Origin: Candidatus Marinacidobacterales bacterium
GTDB lineage: Bacteria; Acidobacteriota; Vicinamibacteria; Marinacidobacterales; DATDRI01
Assembly: GCA_965226495.1 (NCBI GenBank)
Contig: OZ245365.1
Coordinates: 5,728,001-5,792,000, forward strand
Length of the DNA stretch: 64,000 nucleotides
Reading direction: 5' to 3'
Each line of letters starts with the position of its first letter. Position 1 is the stretch's first letter. A program made the translations under genes and the position numbers. Of this stretch, positions 9,598 through 19,575 are shown one piece after another. The notes under the pieces were generated by a model. That model was not told the origin of the DNA. It searched no databases and worked only from the letters and a program-made list of their open reading frames with translations.

Positions 9598-10785
9598 TCA
9601 ACTTTCAGACGGAAAAAAATCGGCGAGAATCTCGTCGAACTGGGCACCCCGCGCCTTGAGGTTGTGTCCTTCGGGGACCTCCAAGTAAGTGAAATCGTAA
9701 CCCCCTTCGACTAAAGCGTCTCGAAGTGCGAAGCCGTCCTTCGCCCAGCGTGTGTCGTAGAGACCAACCATCAAGAAGAACCGGACTGGCCGGGCAGGAT
9801 TCGATGCAATGATTTCGTTGAAGTGGGTGGGCCTGATCGCTGGAGTCAAAGCCGCCGCAAAGCCGAATATCTCCGGATGAGAGTAGGCTAAGTTCGCGGC
9901 CGCAAGTCCTCCGCGTGAGGCGCCCAATATTGCCCTCTCGTTCGGCTCGGGCAGGGTTCGGTAGCTTTCGTCGATGAATGGCACCAGCTCCTCGGTCATA
10001 AACCGACGATAGCCGTCGTGCATCCGGTACTCTTCGCGGCGAATAACTGGATCTACAAAAACCGCAATCAGTGGACGGCAGAGACCCTTTTCGATGGCGT
10101 AGTCAATGAGCGCGGGAAAACCGCGCTCTGCGTATAGAGCTCCATCCCCGATATAGATGCTTGGGTAGCGGCGATCACTTTCTTCATAACCGCTCGGCAA
10201 GTAGACGAGGATCTTGCGTTCGTTGCTCAAGATCCGGCTTTTGAAGATACTCTCCGCCACTTGACCCTTGGCAACCGAAGCATCCGCGGAAAACTCCGGT
10301 GGGGGTAGGTAGGCCGGCATCGCCAACTCCGATAGTTGGTGCTCGAAGCCTGGGGTGGTGGAGGGATTGTTCGGATCGAGCTCTTCGGCTTCACCCCGCA
10401 TGACCGAATACTCGATGCGCGCGTCCTCCTGGAAATCTCTTCGTAGGTAGTACCAATCGGTTCCTCCGATGGGCGTCATCGCTCCCGCCGAGGCGACGGG
10501 TCCGTCGTCGTTTCTCCCCCACGCGTTGAAGTCGTCGAGGATCCGTGGAGGTGTCGAGGGTTCGCCTTGGGCCAGGAAAATCGCTTCGTTGCCTTCGACC
10601 ACCGGGGTTGATCCGTTGGTCGCGATGTAGTGGTCGACCCGCTCTTGGCGTTCTTGCGACGAGAGCCGATCGAAGCCCGTGATCAGCTCGTCGAAATCAG
10701 CTGGCTCGGCGTTTTGAGCCATCTCACAGGCGAGTAAAAAGCAAAGCGGCAGTACGTTATGGAGCAACATCCATCGGTACGTCAT
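9598..10785 (-). CDS. Fes-like alpha/beta hydrolase (putative esterase), probable lipoprotein
   Basis: FKSRILSNERKILVYLP, GASRGG nucleophile elbow, EGHN; leader ending LLAC. Confidence 0.85.
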   Translation of the reverse strand: MTYRWMLLHNVLPLCFLLACEMAQNAEPADFDELITGFDRLSSQERQERVDHYIATNGSTPVVEGNEAIFLAQGEPSTPPRILDDFNAWGRNDDGPVASAGAMTPIGGTDWYYLRRDFQEDARIEYSVMRGEAEELDPNNPSTTPGFEHQLSELAMPAYLPPPEFSADASVAKGQVAESIFKSRILSNERKILVYLPSGYEESDRRYPSIYIGDGALYAERGFPALIDYAIEKGLCRPLIAVFVDPVIRREEYRMHDGYRRFMTEELVPFIDESYRTLPEPNERAILGASRGGLAAANLAYSHPEIFGFAAALTPAIRPTHFNEIIASNPARPVRFFLMVGLYDTRWAKDGFALRDALVEGGYDFTYLEVPEGHNLKARGAQFDEILADFFPSES

Positions 10786-10974
10786 ATTTGCTCATCCTGA
10801 AAAGTTGCTCCCCCCAATCGAGCAAGAATATATTCCCTGTGAAAATTCTAGTCAATGAGTGTGATCGTTCTCACGGTGGTGCGATGGGTAAGCTAATATT
10901 GTTGACTACCCGGTGAAGCCAGATAGTCTGCTGACTCTCACGCCAATACCGGGTGCTCTCATTAGAGGTGAGCG

Positions 10975-11274
10975 ATGCCAGATTTTGGACGAATCATCAA
11001 TCTAGCGTACATGCGCATACTCGGCCGGCCGGCCGATCCGGGCGGCCAGGAGAATTTCGACCAACTCATGAATCAAGGCATGAGCGAGGCCGCGATGCGG
11101 GAGACTCTCGTAAGAAGCGAGGAGTACGCGATCAAGAATCCGGATCAAGCGGCCCAAGCGGCCCAAGCGGCAAAGACTTCCACGAAGGCTTCGGTTAAGA
11201 GCAAACCTTCGAAGCGGAAAAAATCCAAGTGGGCAGGCAGCAAGAAGAAATCTAAAACTCGCAAGAGTCGATAG
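10975..11274 (+). CDS. Small DUF4214-like domain protein with Lys/Ser-rich basic tail
   Basis: AYMRILGRPADPGG...MSEAAMRETLVRSEEY then QAA x3 and KSKPSKRKKSKWAGSKKKSKTRKSR; AGAGG RBS. Confidence 0.8.
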   Translation: MPDFGRIINLAYMRILGRPADPGGQENFDQLMNQGMSEAAMRETLVRSEEYAIKNPDQAAQAAQAAKTSTKASVKSKPSKRKKSKWAGSKKKSKTRKSR

Positions 11275-11304
11275 GCGTTTACCCACCAGACAGAGGCCTA
11301 GCTC

Positions 11305-12381
11305 ATGCCCGATTTTTCGCCCATCATTACCGACGCCTACCAGGAGATTCTGGAACGAAACCCCGATCCGACCGGCCTCGCCAGTTACAACAACCTGATG
11401 AATCAGTTGATGTCGGAGGCTGAAATGCGCGAGTCGCTACTCCGAAGCCCGGAGTATGCGGCCAACAACCCCGATCCCGGCATGCCCACGCGGCTCGGGC
11501 TCAATGCCCACATTCCTACAAACCCCATGCTGCGCGACATTGGCCGGAACCTGGGAATGCAGTGGATTCGGATCGACTTCGATTGGTTCCGAATGGAACC
11601 GCAGCAAGGGGTTTTCAGTTGGGAGGATACCGACCGCGTTGTCGATCAGGCGTTCAAGCTGAACATCGAGCCTTTGGCGACCCTTTCTTTCACGCCGCCT
11701 TGGGCTTCGTCGAACCCTCAGAACCCACAGATCAGCGATCCTCCGGCCCAGACGAGCTATTGGACCACCATCGTCAGGGAGGCGGTCACCCGATATCGAG
11801 ACAAGGTTCGATTCTGGCAATTCTGGAATGAGCCAAACCTCGACCAGTTTTGGCGTGGCTCCATGAGCCAATATCGGACTCAGATCTTGCAACCGGCGGC
11901 CCGCTTGGCCAAGGAGCTCCATCCAGCCAGTCAAGTCGTCTCCCCCGGCCTCGCCAACTTGGGAGATTGGAGGGCTTGGTTCGAAGAGGCGATGAAGGCC
12001 AAGACCCTCATCGACATCATCAATCATCACAATTACCCGAGCCGGGGACGAGACGTCATTCGTGAGCTCGAAGAGGATGAGTTCTTCCGACCTTCTTTGA
12101 GAACCCTGATGGGGGACCTGGGAGTTTCCGATAAGCCGTTTTGGATCACCGAGACCGGGCGAGAGACGAAAGAGGGGGATCAAGTCGAGTATTACCAGGA
12201 GGTCGTCGCGTCGCTCCGGAATAGTGATTGGGTACAACGGATCTTTTTCTTCCACTATTGGGACGGACCGAACCAGGGAAACACCAAGTTCGGGATCGTC
12301 AACGAAGACCTTTCACCCAAAGCGGTCTACCGGTTTCTGCAGTCGGTTCTGAAACCGGTAGCGACCGCGATCCAAGTGTAA
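11305..12381 (+). CDS. DUF4214-like N-terminal module + clan GH-A (GH5/GH39-like) glycoside hydrolase
   Basis: WIRIDFDW, WQFWNEPN (acid/base), HHNY, FWITETG (nucleophile). Confidence 0.85.
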   Translation: MPDFSPIITDAYQEILERNPDPTGLASYNNLMNQLMSEAEMRESLLRSPEYAANNPDPGMPTRLGLNAHIPTNPMLRDIGRNLGMQWIRIDFDWFRMEPQQGVFSWEDTDRVVDQAFKLNIEPLATLSFTPPWASSNPQNPQISDPPAQTSYWTTIVREAVTRYRDKVRFWQFWNEPNLDQFWRGSMSQYRTQILQPAARLAKELHPASQVVSPGLANLGDWRAWFEEAMKAKTLIDIINHHNYPSRGRDVIRELEEDEFFRPSLRTLMGDLGVSDKPFWITETGRETKEGDQVEYYQEVVASLRNSDWVQRIFFFHYWDGPNQGNTKFGIVNEDLSPKAVYRFLQSVLKPVATAIQV

Positions 12382-12384
12382 GAG

Positions 12385-13401
12385 ATGCCTGACTTCACTC
12401 CCATCATTCGCGACGCCTTCCGCGAGATCTTGCAGCGGGAAGTCGATCCCGATGGACAGAATTTCTACAACACCGAAATGAACGCCAGCCTGAGCGAGGC
12501 GGACATGAGGGAGTCGCTTCTTCGGAGTGAAGAGTACGCTCAGAAGAATCAGGGCTTTCAGCCCGCGGTCATCGGCAGGACGTTCAACTTCGACTACATC
12601 GGTTACTCGAGCTTCGGCCTGCTCGGTCGCTCCTTGGAAGACCGTATCGCCTGGGTCGATCGTGGGATCGCCGAGGGAGTCGTCGTATTTCGAGTTTTCT
12701 CCGATACCTCCTTTTGGCCGAGTGATCCGCTCTTGGATCGCGTACCGAAGCACCGCGCCGTGGATGATACGGGGCGACACCCTTCTCGAAAGCACATCCG
12801 GACCGTTAGAGAGACGGTCCGCCAAGCCTTCGTGCCCCGGCGTGCGGTCATGGAGTACGTCATCCTAGTGACACAGTTCGAGGAAAATGGTGGTCCACTC
12901 TTCCGGAGGTTCGAAGCGACCGAGAACTATGTCTACGAAGTGATGGAGGAGCTCAACGATTTGCCGAACATCATTTTCGAGCTGGGGAATGAAGTCGACA
13001 TTCACCGGAAGGGTTGGGATCGTGACCGAGTGAATCGTGTGGTGAAGGAGGTACGCGAGCGGTGGCCACATGTCATCATCTCCTGTTCATCCGGGCGAGA
13101 GCCGGAGCCCGCGTTCGATCGGTACATCTATCCCCAATGCTCCTGGGGAAACATCCATTATCCGCGACAGGACTTCCCGAAGCTCAGTTTCGGCTGGCCG
13201 CGATTCAAGGGGCCCATCGTCGACGATGAGCCGCAGTTCTTTCCCCGTACCAACATCGAGGAATATGTCGCTCACCAGGCACTGATCCTTGAGCAGAAAG
13301 GGTTCATGACCGCCCACACCCGGGAGGGCTTCATTTGTAATCCCAGAATGGAAGGCGATCTCCCCCTTCTGAGAGCCCTCGCCGCTGCCCGGGCGACATA
13401 G
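12385..13401 (+). CDS. DUF4214-like N-terminal module + divergent GH-A-like TIM barrel
   Basis: Same N-terminal module; PNIIFELGNE and PIVDDEP putative catalytic glutamates. Confidence 0.7.
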   Translation: MPDFTPIIRDAFREILQREVDPDGQNFYNTEMNASLSEADMRESLLRSEEYAQKNQGFQPAVIGRTFNFDYIGYSSFGLLGRSLEDRIAWVDRGIAEGVVVFRVFSDTSFWPSDPLLDRVPKHRAVDDTGRHPSRKHIRTVRETVRQAFVPRRAVMEYVILVTQFEENGGPLFRRFEATENYVYEVMEELNDLPNIIFELGNEVDIHRKGWDRDRVNRVVKEVRERWPHVIISCSSGREPEPAFDRYIYPQCSWGNIHYPRQDFPKLSFGWPRFKGPIVDDEPQFFPRTNIEEYVAHQALILEQKGFMTAHTREGFICNPRMEGDLPLLRALAAARAT

Positions 13402-13526
13402 ATTGACCTCGAGATTTCCCCGCGCGTCCTGGCAACCCTTGACAACCACTGCAATTAGGGATAAATATTGGGTTAGACCCCGACCACTTAAAATCGCCCC
13501 TCCCTCGGGAGAGGGTGTGGAGTACG

Positions 13527-14006
13527 ATGGAAGGCAGCCTCCCTCAGAATCGATCCATCCGCCGCCTGACGCCACGGAAGCCCGTTACGGTTGCCGTGCA
13601 GGATGGAGAGACGTCCCTCGCCTACGGCGTGGTGACCAACATCTCGGAGTCGGGTGCGTGCGTGATGACCGATTCGACAGTCGTGCAAGGCCGGATCGTC
13701 ATGCTACGGATGAGCTTTTACCGCCATGCCGACCTCTTCGAGGCACCGGCTCGCATCGTTTGGAGCGGTCCTGAGCTCGACTCCCCGCATGGCGTACCGA
13801 GCGCCGTCCTTCAAGGTGTCCAATTCACGCGTCTCGGCGATCGAGAGGTTTCGAGGCTGAAGGACCTCCTGGACTCGCCGGATTTCGTGCCAGGAGCGGT
13901 GCTTTCCGTGACTCCCGAGTTCGAGGACCTGGTGAGCAACCTGCGGCAGGACCTCGGCAAGCTAGGGTCCAAACTGCGGCGGGACACGCAACGCGACACC
14001 GACTAG
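13527..14006 (+). CDS. PilZ domain protein (c-di-GMP receptor)
   Basis: RRLTPR (RxxxR) and NISESG (D/NxSxxG) motifs. Confidence 0.85.
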   Translation: MEGSLPQNRSIRRLTPRKPVTVAVQDGETSLAYGVVTNISESGACVMTDSTVVQGRIVMLRMSFYRHADLFEAPARIVWSGPELDSPHGVPSAVLQGVQFTRLGDREVSRLKDLLDSPDFVPGAVLSVTPEFEDLVSNLRQDLGKLGSKLRRDTQRDTD

Positions 14007-14037
14007 TAGTCGGTCAGAAAATCTCCCGTCCATTCTC

Positions 14038-14808
14038 GTGAAGTTACCCCAGGGTCTCCTGGTCGACCTCGATGGCGTCCTCTATGTAGAGGACACTGTC
14101 ATACCCGGGGCGGTGGAGGCAATGGATTGGCTACGAGAACGCGAGTACCCCCTTCGTTTTCTCACGAACACAACCATGCGTTCTCGCCTCTCGTTGGCAG
14201 AGAAGTTGCGGGGCCTTGGCATACGTGCCGAGCCTCAGGAGGTTTTCAGCACTTGCGTCGTTGCCGCACATTGGTTGAGAGCACAGAGCATACATAGGGT
14301 GCACCTACTGCTGCCGCGCCCGGCGCACGAGGATTTTTCCGATTTCCAGAACACCAACGATCGACCGGAGGCGGTGATCGTGGGCGACCTCGGTCGTGAC
14401 TTCGACTTCGACGTTCTGAATCTAGCGTTCCGGCTGATCCGGAGTGGAGCGCGACTGATCGCCCTTCAGAAGAACCGGTTCTGGCAACGACTCGATGGCG
14501 TGGCCATGGACGTTGGCGCTTTCGTGGCGGCGCTAGAGTACGCCGCGGACGTGGAAGCCACGGTGATTGGAAAGCCCAACCGCGCCTATTTCGAAATGGC
14601 TCTAGAAGATCTAGGTTTGCCCGCGGACCAAGTTGCCATGATCGGCGACGACGTTCATACCGATATCTTGGGCGGGCACGCGGCGGGTCTAAAGACCATT
14701 CTGGTTAAGACGGGCAAGTACGCCCTCGACGGTCCGGGTTCCATCGACTGCCAGCCCGACTGGACCCTCGATTCTATTGCCAATTTGCCGACCCTTCTCG
14801 AGTCGTAG
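14038..14808 (+). CDS. HAD-IIA hydrolase (LHPP/HDHD2-like)
   Basis: DLDGVL, LTNTT, GKP, MIGDD, VKTGKY. Confidence 0.9.
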   Translation: MKLPQGLLVDLDGVLYVEDTVIPGAVEAMDWLREREYPLRFLTNTTMRSRLSLAEKLRGLGIRAEPQEVFSTCVVAAHWLRAQSIHRVHLLLPRPAHEDFSDFQNTNDRPEAVIVGDLGRDFDFDVLNLAFRLIRSGARLIALQKNRFWQRLDGVAMDVGAFVAALEYAADVEATVIGKPNRAYFEMALEDLGLPADQVAMIGDDVHTDILGGHAAGLKTILVKTGKYALDGPGSIDCQPDWTLDSIANLPTLLES

Positions 14809-14809
14809 A

Positions 14810-14920
14810 GCGCCTCAATGCGCGCTCACTCCTCGTTCGCGCGCTCGGCGCCTCGCTCCTCGCTCGGCTTCCTGTCATCGGCCCATCCGGGCCGGGCTCG
14901 CTCCGCTCGCGCAGGGTGCC
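14810..14920. repeat. GC-rich imperfect repeat (GCTCGCTCCGCTCGC-type), REP-like
   Basis: Reiterated gctc/ctcgc motifs directly after the HAD stop codon. Confidence 0.4.
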
Positions 14921-15067
14921 GAGAAATCCTTCAGCACCCTGCCAGTCAAACTTCCCAAAGAGTCAGCCAGGCGGTACAATTGGATCAATCCGTCTTCTTT
15001 CTACTGCAATCAAAAACCTAACTACCGTTGGCCGAGAGACTTACGTCTGGCTCGAGGAGGGCGAAGA

Positions 15068-15196
15068 ATGGCTCAGAAAAGAGAATTGATCCATGTCCCT
15101 TGGTGGGGGTGGCTGGTGCTCCTGTTCGTGGTCGGTGGCTGCCTGACCTACTTCATTGTCGGTTTGATTGGCTGGGGAATTCCACTTCCCAGTTAA
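15068..15196 (+). CDS. Small single-pass membrane protein (42 aa)
   Basis: GAGGAGG RBS; MAQKRELIHVPWWGWLVLLFVVGGCLTYFIVGLIGWGIPLPS. Confidence 0.6.
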   Translation: MAQKRELIHVPWWGWLVLLFVVGGCLTYFIVGLIGWGIPLPS

Positions 15197-15787
15197 GCCT
15201 CATCTCTCCCCCACCCACGCGCCCGCTCGACTAGGCCCGGTATCGCCGCCCTTCGGGACTCTTGTAGGGATTGTTTGGTTGTTCGTTCGTCCTAAGGACG
15301 GCTCCATCGGAAGAGACGCATCCAAATCATCTTTGTCATAGTAGAGGTCCATGAATCCTTTCGGCTGGTGGTCTCCTCTAATCAGTCTCTTGATGTAACC
15401 GACACGAAAAACAAGAAGAAGCGGCTGATAGGTAACCACGTCTTTAGCTGGCAAGAGGCTGAACCAATTCATCAGAACCTTTCCCTAGAACGACGATTTG
15501 AAAAGTTCAGCGGCAGACCCCTATAATCCGCCGAACGAGCCACGTGGGTATATCTACATATCCAGACCCCCCCAGACGCGGCATACCCCGGGCGGGAAAC
15601 ACTGAATCATGTCCAGTATGAGTAGGCTCAGTTACATGAACAAGGACACCCACGCCGCGTTATCCAATACACAGGCCGGCTTGGTTGTGCTATCGAATGA
15701 CCCAGATCTAGATACTTACTGTTAGGTCGTCTTGTGGAACGCCGTAACCGGTCGAGTGCTTTGCACACGTAAAAAGGAGGGTTTCTG

Positions 15788-17203
15788 ATGACAGACCTGA
15801 AAATTGTTGACGCTCATGGCGATGAGCGGATCGTTCCGAACGCGGAAGTCGAGCACTTCACTGGGAAGTTTAACGGCGAAGTCCTTCGTCCTGCCGATCC
15901 GGGGTACGACGATGCCCGAACAGTCTGGAACGGCATGATCGATAAGTACCCCGGCCTTATTGCCCGCTGCACTGGCACAGACGATGTCGTGGCCTGCGTG
16001 AACTTCGCAAGAGACAACGAGCTATTAGTGTCTGTGCGAGGGGGAGGACACAACTACGCAGGCAAGGCCGTTTGCGACGGCGGTCTCATGATTGACCTGT
16101 CTCCAATGAAGGACACTCAGGTGGATAGCGAGAAACGGACGGTGCGAGCACAGGCCGGGTTGAGACTCGGAGAGCTCGATCGCGAAACGCAGAAGTTCGG
16201 CCTGGCGACAACACTTGGGATCAATACCGACACCGGAATCGCAGGCCTGACTCTCGGCGGCGGCGGTGGCTGGTTGTCTGGCAAGTTTGGGCTGGCATGC
16301 GACAACGTGCTCTCGGCCGAGGTGGTGACCGCAGGCGGGCAAACCCTCACCGCGAGCCCCGAGCAGAACGAAGATCTCTTCTGGGGGCTCCGTGGTGCCG
16401 GGGCCAATCTCGGCGTGGTCACATCTTTTGAGTATCAGCTGCATCCTGTGGGGCCGGTGTTGGGCGGGATGGTGATTCATCCTCTGAGCAAGGCCAAGGA
16501 AGTTCTGCCCTTCTTCCACGAGTTTTCGAGCACGGCGCCTGATGAGGTAGGGACCGTGGGGCTGTTGATGACGACGCCCGACGGGAGTCCCGCTGTGGGG
16601 ATGGTGGCGTGCTACTCCGGGCCCCCCGACGAAGGCGAAAAAGTGTTGAAGCCGCTCAGGACGTTTTCTTCCCCAATAGCCGATATGATCGCGGAGCAGT
16701 CCTACGTGGAGATGCAGAGCATGTTTGATGAGATTTGGCCGCCGGGTCGTCTCTATTATCACAAAGCGAGCAACCTGCGCGAACTGAGCGACTCCGCGAT
16801 TGAAACCCTCGTGGCCTGCGCCCAGCACTTCCCGACCGCTGTCTCGTCCATCTACCTCATGCAGTACATGCATGGTGCTGCCATCCGGGTGGGTGAAAGC
16901 GAAACGGCGTTTCCGCATCGCTATTATCACTACATTTGCGGCGTCCAATCCGGGACGGACGACCCAGATGATTCCGAGAAGATCATCCGCTGGACACGAG
17001 AGTCCTGGGACGCGATACAGCCGTTTTTCGAAGCGGGTGTGAGCCTCAACGCCGTGGAGGACACTGTGGAGGAGGGCGAACACCGGGTGCGTGAAGCCTA
17101 CGGCGTGAACTACGATCGACTCGTAGCCCTCAAGAGTAAGTACGACCCGACGAATATGTTTCGACTGAATGTAAACATCATCCCGAGCGGCGTTGAAGCT
17201 TAA
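15788..17203 (+). CDS. FAD-linked oxidoreductase (berberine-bridge-enzyme / 6-hydroxy-D-nicotine oxidase family)
   Basis: RGGGHN, GLTLGGG, DLFWGLRG.GANLGVVT, LKSKYDPTNMF; strong AAGGAGG RBS. Confidence 0.92.
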   Translation: MTDLKIVDAHGDERIVPNAEVEHFTGKFNGEVLRPADPGYDDARTVWNGMIDKYPGLIARCTGTDDVVACVNFARDNELLVSVRGGGHNYAGKAVCDGGLMIDLSPMKDTQVDSEKRTVRAQAGLRLGELDRETQKFGLATTLGINTDTGIAGLTLGGGGGWLSGKFGLACDNVLSAEVVTAGGQTLTASPEQNEDLFWGLRGAGANLGVVTSFEYQLHPVGPVLGGMVIHPLSKAKEVLPFFHEFSSTAPDEVGTVGLLMTTPDGSPAVGMVACYSGPPDEGEKVLKPLRTFSSPIADMIAEQSYVEMQSMFDEIWPPGRLYYHKASNLRELSDSAIETLVACAQHFPTAVSSIYLMQYMHGAAIRVGESETAFPHRYYHYICGVQSGTDDPDDSEKIIRWTRESWDAIQPFFEAGVSLNAVEDTVEEGEHRVREAYGVNYDRLVALKSKYDPTNMFRLNVNIIPSGVEA

Positions 17204-17301
17204 AAAAGCCGCTGCCCAATTGAAGAACGGGATGTCGCTGATTTTGTGGAATTACAACAGGAACTGGGCCGCATGTGAACGTGCCTCTGTTGGAGGGACC
17301 G

Positions 17302-17432
17302 GCCTAACTTGTGGATCGAGCGGACGTGGCCTTACTCTTCGGTAGGAATTGAGCTTGGAAGAAGCTGCGGAGTCTTCGGGATGGATCGTGCTTTGTTGAC
17401 CATTGGCCACGCCGCTCATCCACCTATTAGAT
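17302..17432 (+). mobile_element. Integron attC site 1
   Basis: GCCTAAC...gtggatcgagcggacgtggcc / ggccacgccgctcatccac...ATTAGAT imperfect palindrome; R' box has G to A change. Confidence 0.75.
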
Positions 17433-17457
17433 TGACTTGATGCTTACCTAGAGCGGG

Positions 17458-18327
17458 ATGATTTGGCTTGGCGAGAAGCGAGGCTATCTTACCGACTGGT
17501 CTACGCAGCTCTGGGTGCGTGCGACGGGGAAGAAGCTGGATGTTCGAGAATATCCATGGCTCGAGGGTCCGGTTGGTCCCGCCCGGGGCATAGGTGCCGA
17601 CTTTTTTCGGGAACTAGCCCGCAGAGAGAAGCTGGATGTCCGCACGGGAGGCCCACCGCTTGGGATCATTCCGGACTTTGGTGTCCTCCGGAGCGAATCG
17701 TTTGATCCTAGTGAGGTTAGTGGGGGAGTCATCGCCTTCTACGAGCAAACCTCAGCGTTCGAGCTCGAGGCATGGTCGCAGTGGTGCGGGGCGTTTCGTC
17801 CCTTTGGAGGTCTGTTAAGGACTTTGTTCAGTCGCCGACTCCAGCAGCTCAATGTGCCGTTGTCAGGCCTTGAAACAAGTCGAGGAGTTACAAACGAGGT
17901 TTCGCATCTGGTGGAGCCCGCGTCAGGCCTGCGCAAGTATGCCGTGTGGATACGACATATGGTCGGCAGCAAGGACGTTCTCTACGCAGGCAGTTACACT
18001 CCGTGCCGGGTCCCCGGGTTCGACCGCGTTTGTTTGAAAGTCGTGTTCCCGCTACCCAATGGAAAGGCGCTTGTCATCATGCGTCCGGAAGCGCATCCAG
18101 ACGGATCGCTGTCCCTGGTTTCGCGCGGCGATTCATTCGGTTCTCCGGGCTTCTACTTCGTGGTTCATGGAAAGGATAACTCGATATGGGCACGATACGT
18201 CCGGACTATGCGCGAAAGTATTCGCGTCTACGAGTGCGACGGTAGGGAGGCTCGGGCGGACCATACTCTCAGGATATGGGGATTGGTCTTTCTACGCCTC
18301 CACTATCGTTTGCGGTGGCGGAACTAG
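17458..18327 (+). CDS. Gene-cassette hypothetical protein (289 aa)
   Basis: Single ORF filling the space between attC1 and attC2. Confidence 0.75.
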   Translation: MIWLGEKRGYLTDWSTQLWVRATGKKLDVREYPWLEGPVGPARGIGADFFRELARREKLDVRTGGPPLGIIPDFGVLRSESFDPSEVSGGVIAFYEQTSAFELEAWSQWCGAFRPFGGLLRTLFSRRLQQLNVPLSGLETSRGVTNEVSHLVEPASGLRKYAVWIRHMVGSKDVLYAGSYTPCRVPGFDRVCLKVVFPLPNGKALVIMRPEAHPDGSLSLVSRGDSFGSPGFYFVVHGKDNSIWARYVRTMRESIRVYECDGREARADHTLRIWGLVFLRLHYRLRWRN

Positions 18328-18345
18328 CCTTAGTATGAGGGCGCA

Positions 18346-18420
18346 ATCTAACGTCTCGCTGGAGCAGACGGCGCCTGCTGTAATGCGCGGTGGCGCCGCA
18401 GCTCAGCGAGTCTGTTAGAC
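18346..18420 (+). mobile_element. Integron attC site 2
   Basis: ATCTAAC...ctcgctggagc..ggcgcc / ggcgcc..gctcagcgag...GTTAGAC. Confidence 0.85.
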
Positions 18421-18428
18421 GGAGGGAG

Positions 18429-18671
18429 ATGCAGTTGTTGAAATGCCCATCCTGTGCTGTGGAATTGGGGCGTGGGTTTATTTACGTTAGGGGTTTTGCA
18501 GGATCGCTCTTCTGGTCTGAGAGTGGGGATACAAGGTTTTACTCTCGGAAGGGTTTGGAGCAAATTGATCTGAGCAAGATTAGCGAACTACCTACAGGGG
18601 GCCAGGCAGTTGTTCCGGCGTTGCGGTGCTCGGCCTGTGGCATGGTGACCTTCAAGTCGGGGTTGGTTTGA
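18429..18671 (+). CDS. Cassette-encoded small zinc-ribbon protein (DUF6487/PF20097-like)
   Basis: GGAGG RBS right after attC2; KCPSC...GFI...LFW...ALRCSACG. Confidence 0.7.
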   Translation: MQLLKCPSCAVELGRGFIYVRGFAGSLFWSESGDTRFYSRKGLEQIDLSKISELPTGGQAVVPALRCSACGMVTFKSGLV

Positions 18672-18697
18672 GCTCGGAAGATTATGTGCACCCCGTG

Positions 18698-19575
18698 TGA
18701 CTTCAAGTTTGAAGCGCACCATTCGTTAGAGCCATGGAAACGTTCCTCCGGTGTGCGGTAGCCGAGCCTCTTGCGGGGCCGTGTGTTGAGCTTCTTTGCG
18801 ATACGATCGCAGTGGCGTTGCGTGAGCGCTGCTTGGCTGGTGCGCTTCGGCAGGTATTGTCGTAGCAGGCCATTGAAGTTCTCGTTGCTGCCTCTCTCCC
18901 ATGAGTGATAGGGAGTTGCGAAGTAGAACTTGACGCCGGTCGTTTCCTCGACGGATTCGTAGTCGTGGAACTCGGTGCCATTGTCCGCGGTGATCGTCTT
19001 GACCTGCTCCGGCACCCGCCGGAGCAACATCTTCGTTCGCTGGCTAGTGCCGAACATGCTGCGGTCGGACAGCTTGCCGATCAGCGCATAGCCCGTCTTT
19101 CGTTCCACGAGCGTGGTGACGCAGTCCGGCGCGCCTTTTCCTACCACGGTGTCGATCTCCCAGTGGCCAACGGCACGGCGCTTCTCGACACAAGACGGCC
19201 GCTCGGAGATGTGACGCTTCCCGGCCAGGTGGCCTCGGCTGTCGTAGCTGTTGTGGCGCTTGCGTCTAAGTTTGGGCGAGCATCGAAGGTGGCGGTATAG
19301 ATGTCCTCCGGCCTCCTTGTCCCGCCAAACGTGGGTGTAGATCGTCTCGTGGCTGATCGAGAGCTCGCCGTGAAGGCGCAGGTGGCCGGAGATCTGCTCT
19401 GGGCTCCAGTCGGCCTTAAGCTTCTTCTCCACCAGGGCAAAGTCGGCCTTTGTGAAGTACTGGTTCCGGCGAGACCGCGAGCGTCGTCCGTTCGTTCTCT
19501 CGATGGCCTTGCTCGGCCGGTAGCATCCATCACTACGTGAGCTGTTCCTCCTGACCTCTCTCGAGATGGTGCTCG
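18698..19575 (-). mobile_element. IS30-family element, 5'-truncated transposase
   Basis: STISRE.RRN, WSPEQI, SHETIY, GHWEIDTV, TITADNGTEF, WERGSNENFNGLLRQYLPK; IS30-like terminus near 18698-18722; N-terminus and left end missing. Confidence 0.88.

Noticed and set aside
15200-15472. Minus-strand 90-aa ORF as an intI remnant
   Set aside because: No tyrosine recombinase motifs recognised; left unannotated
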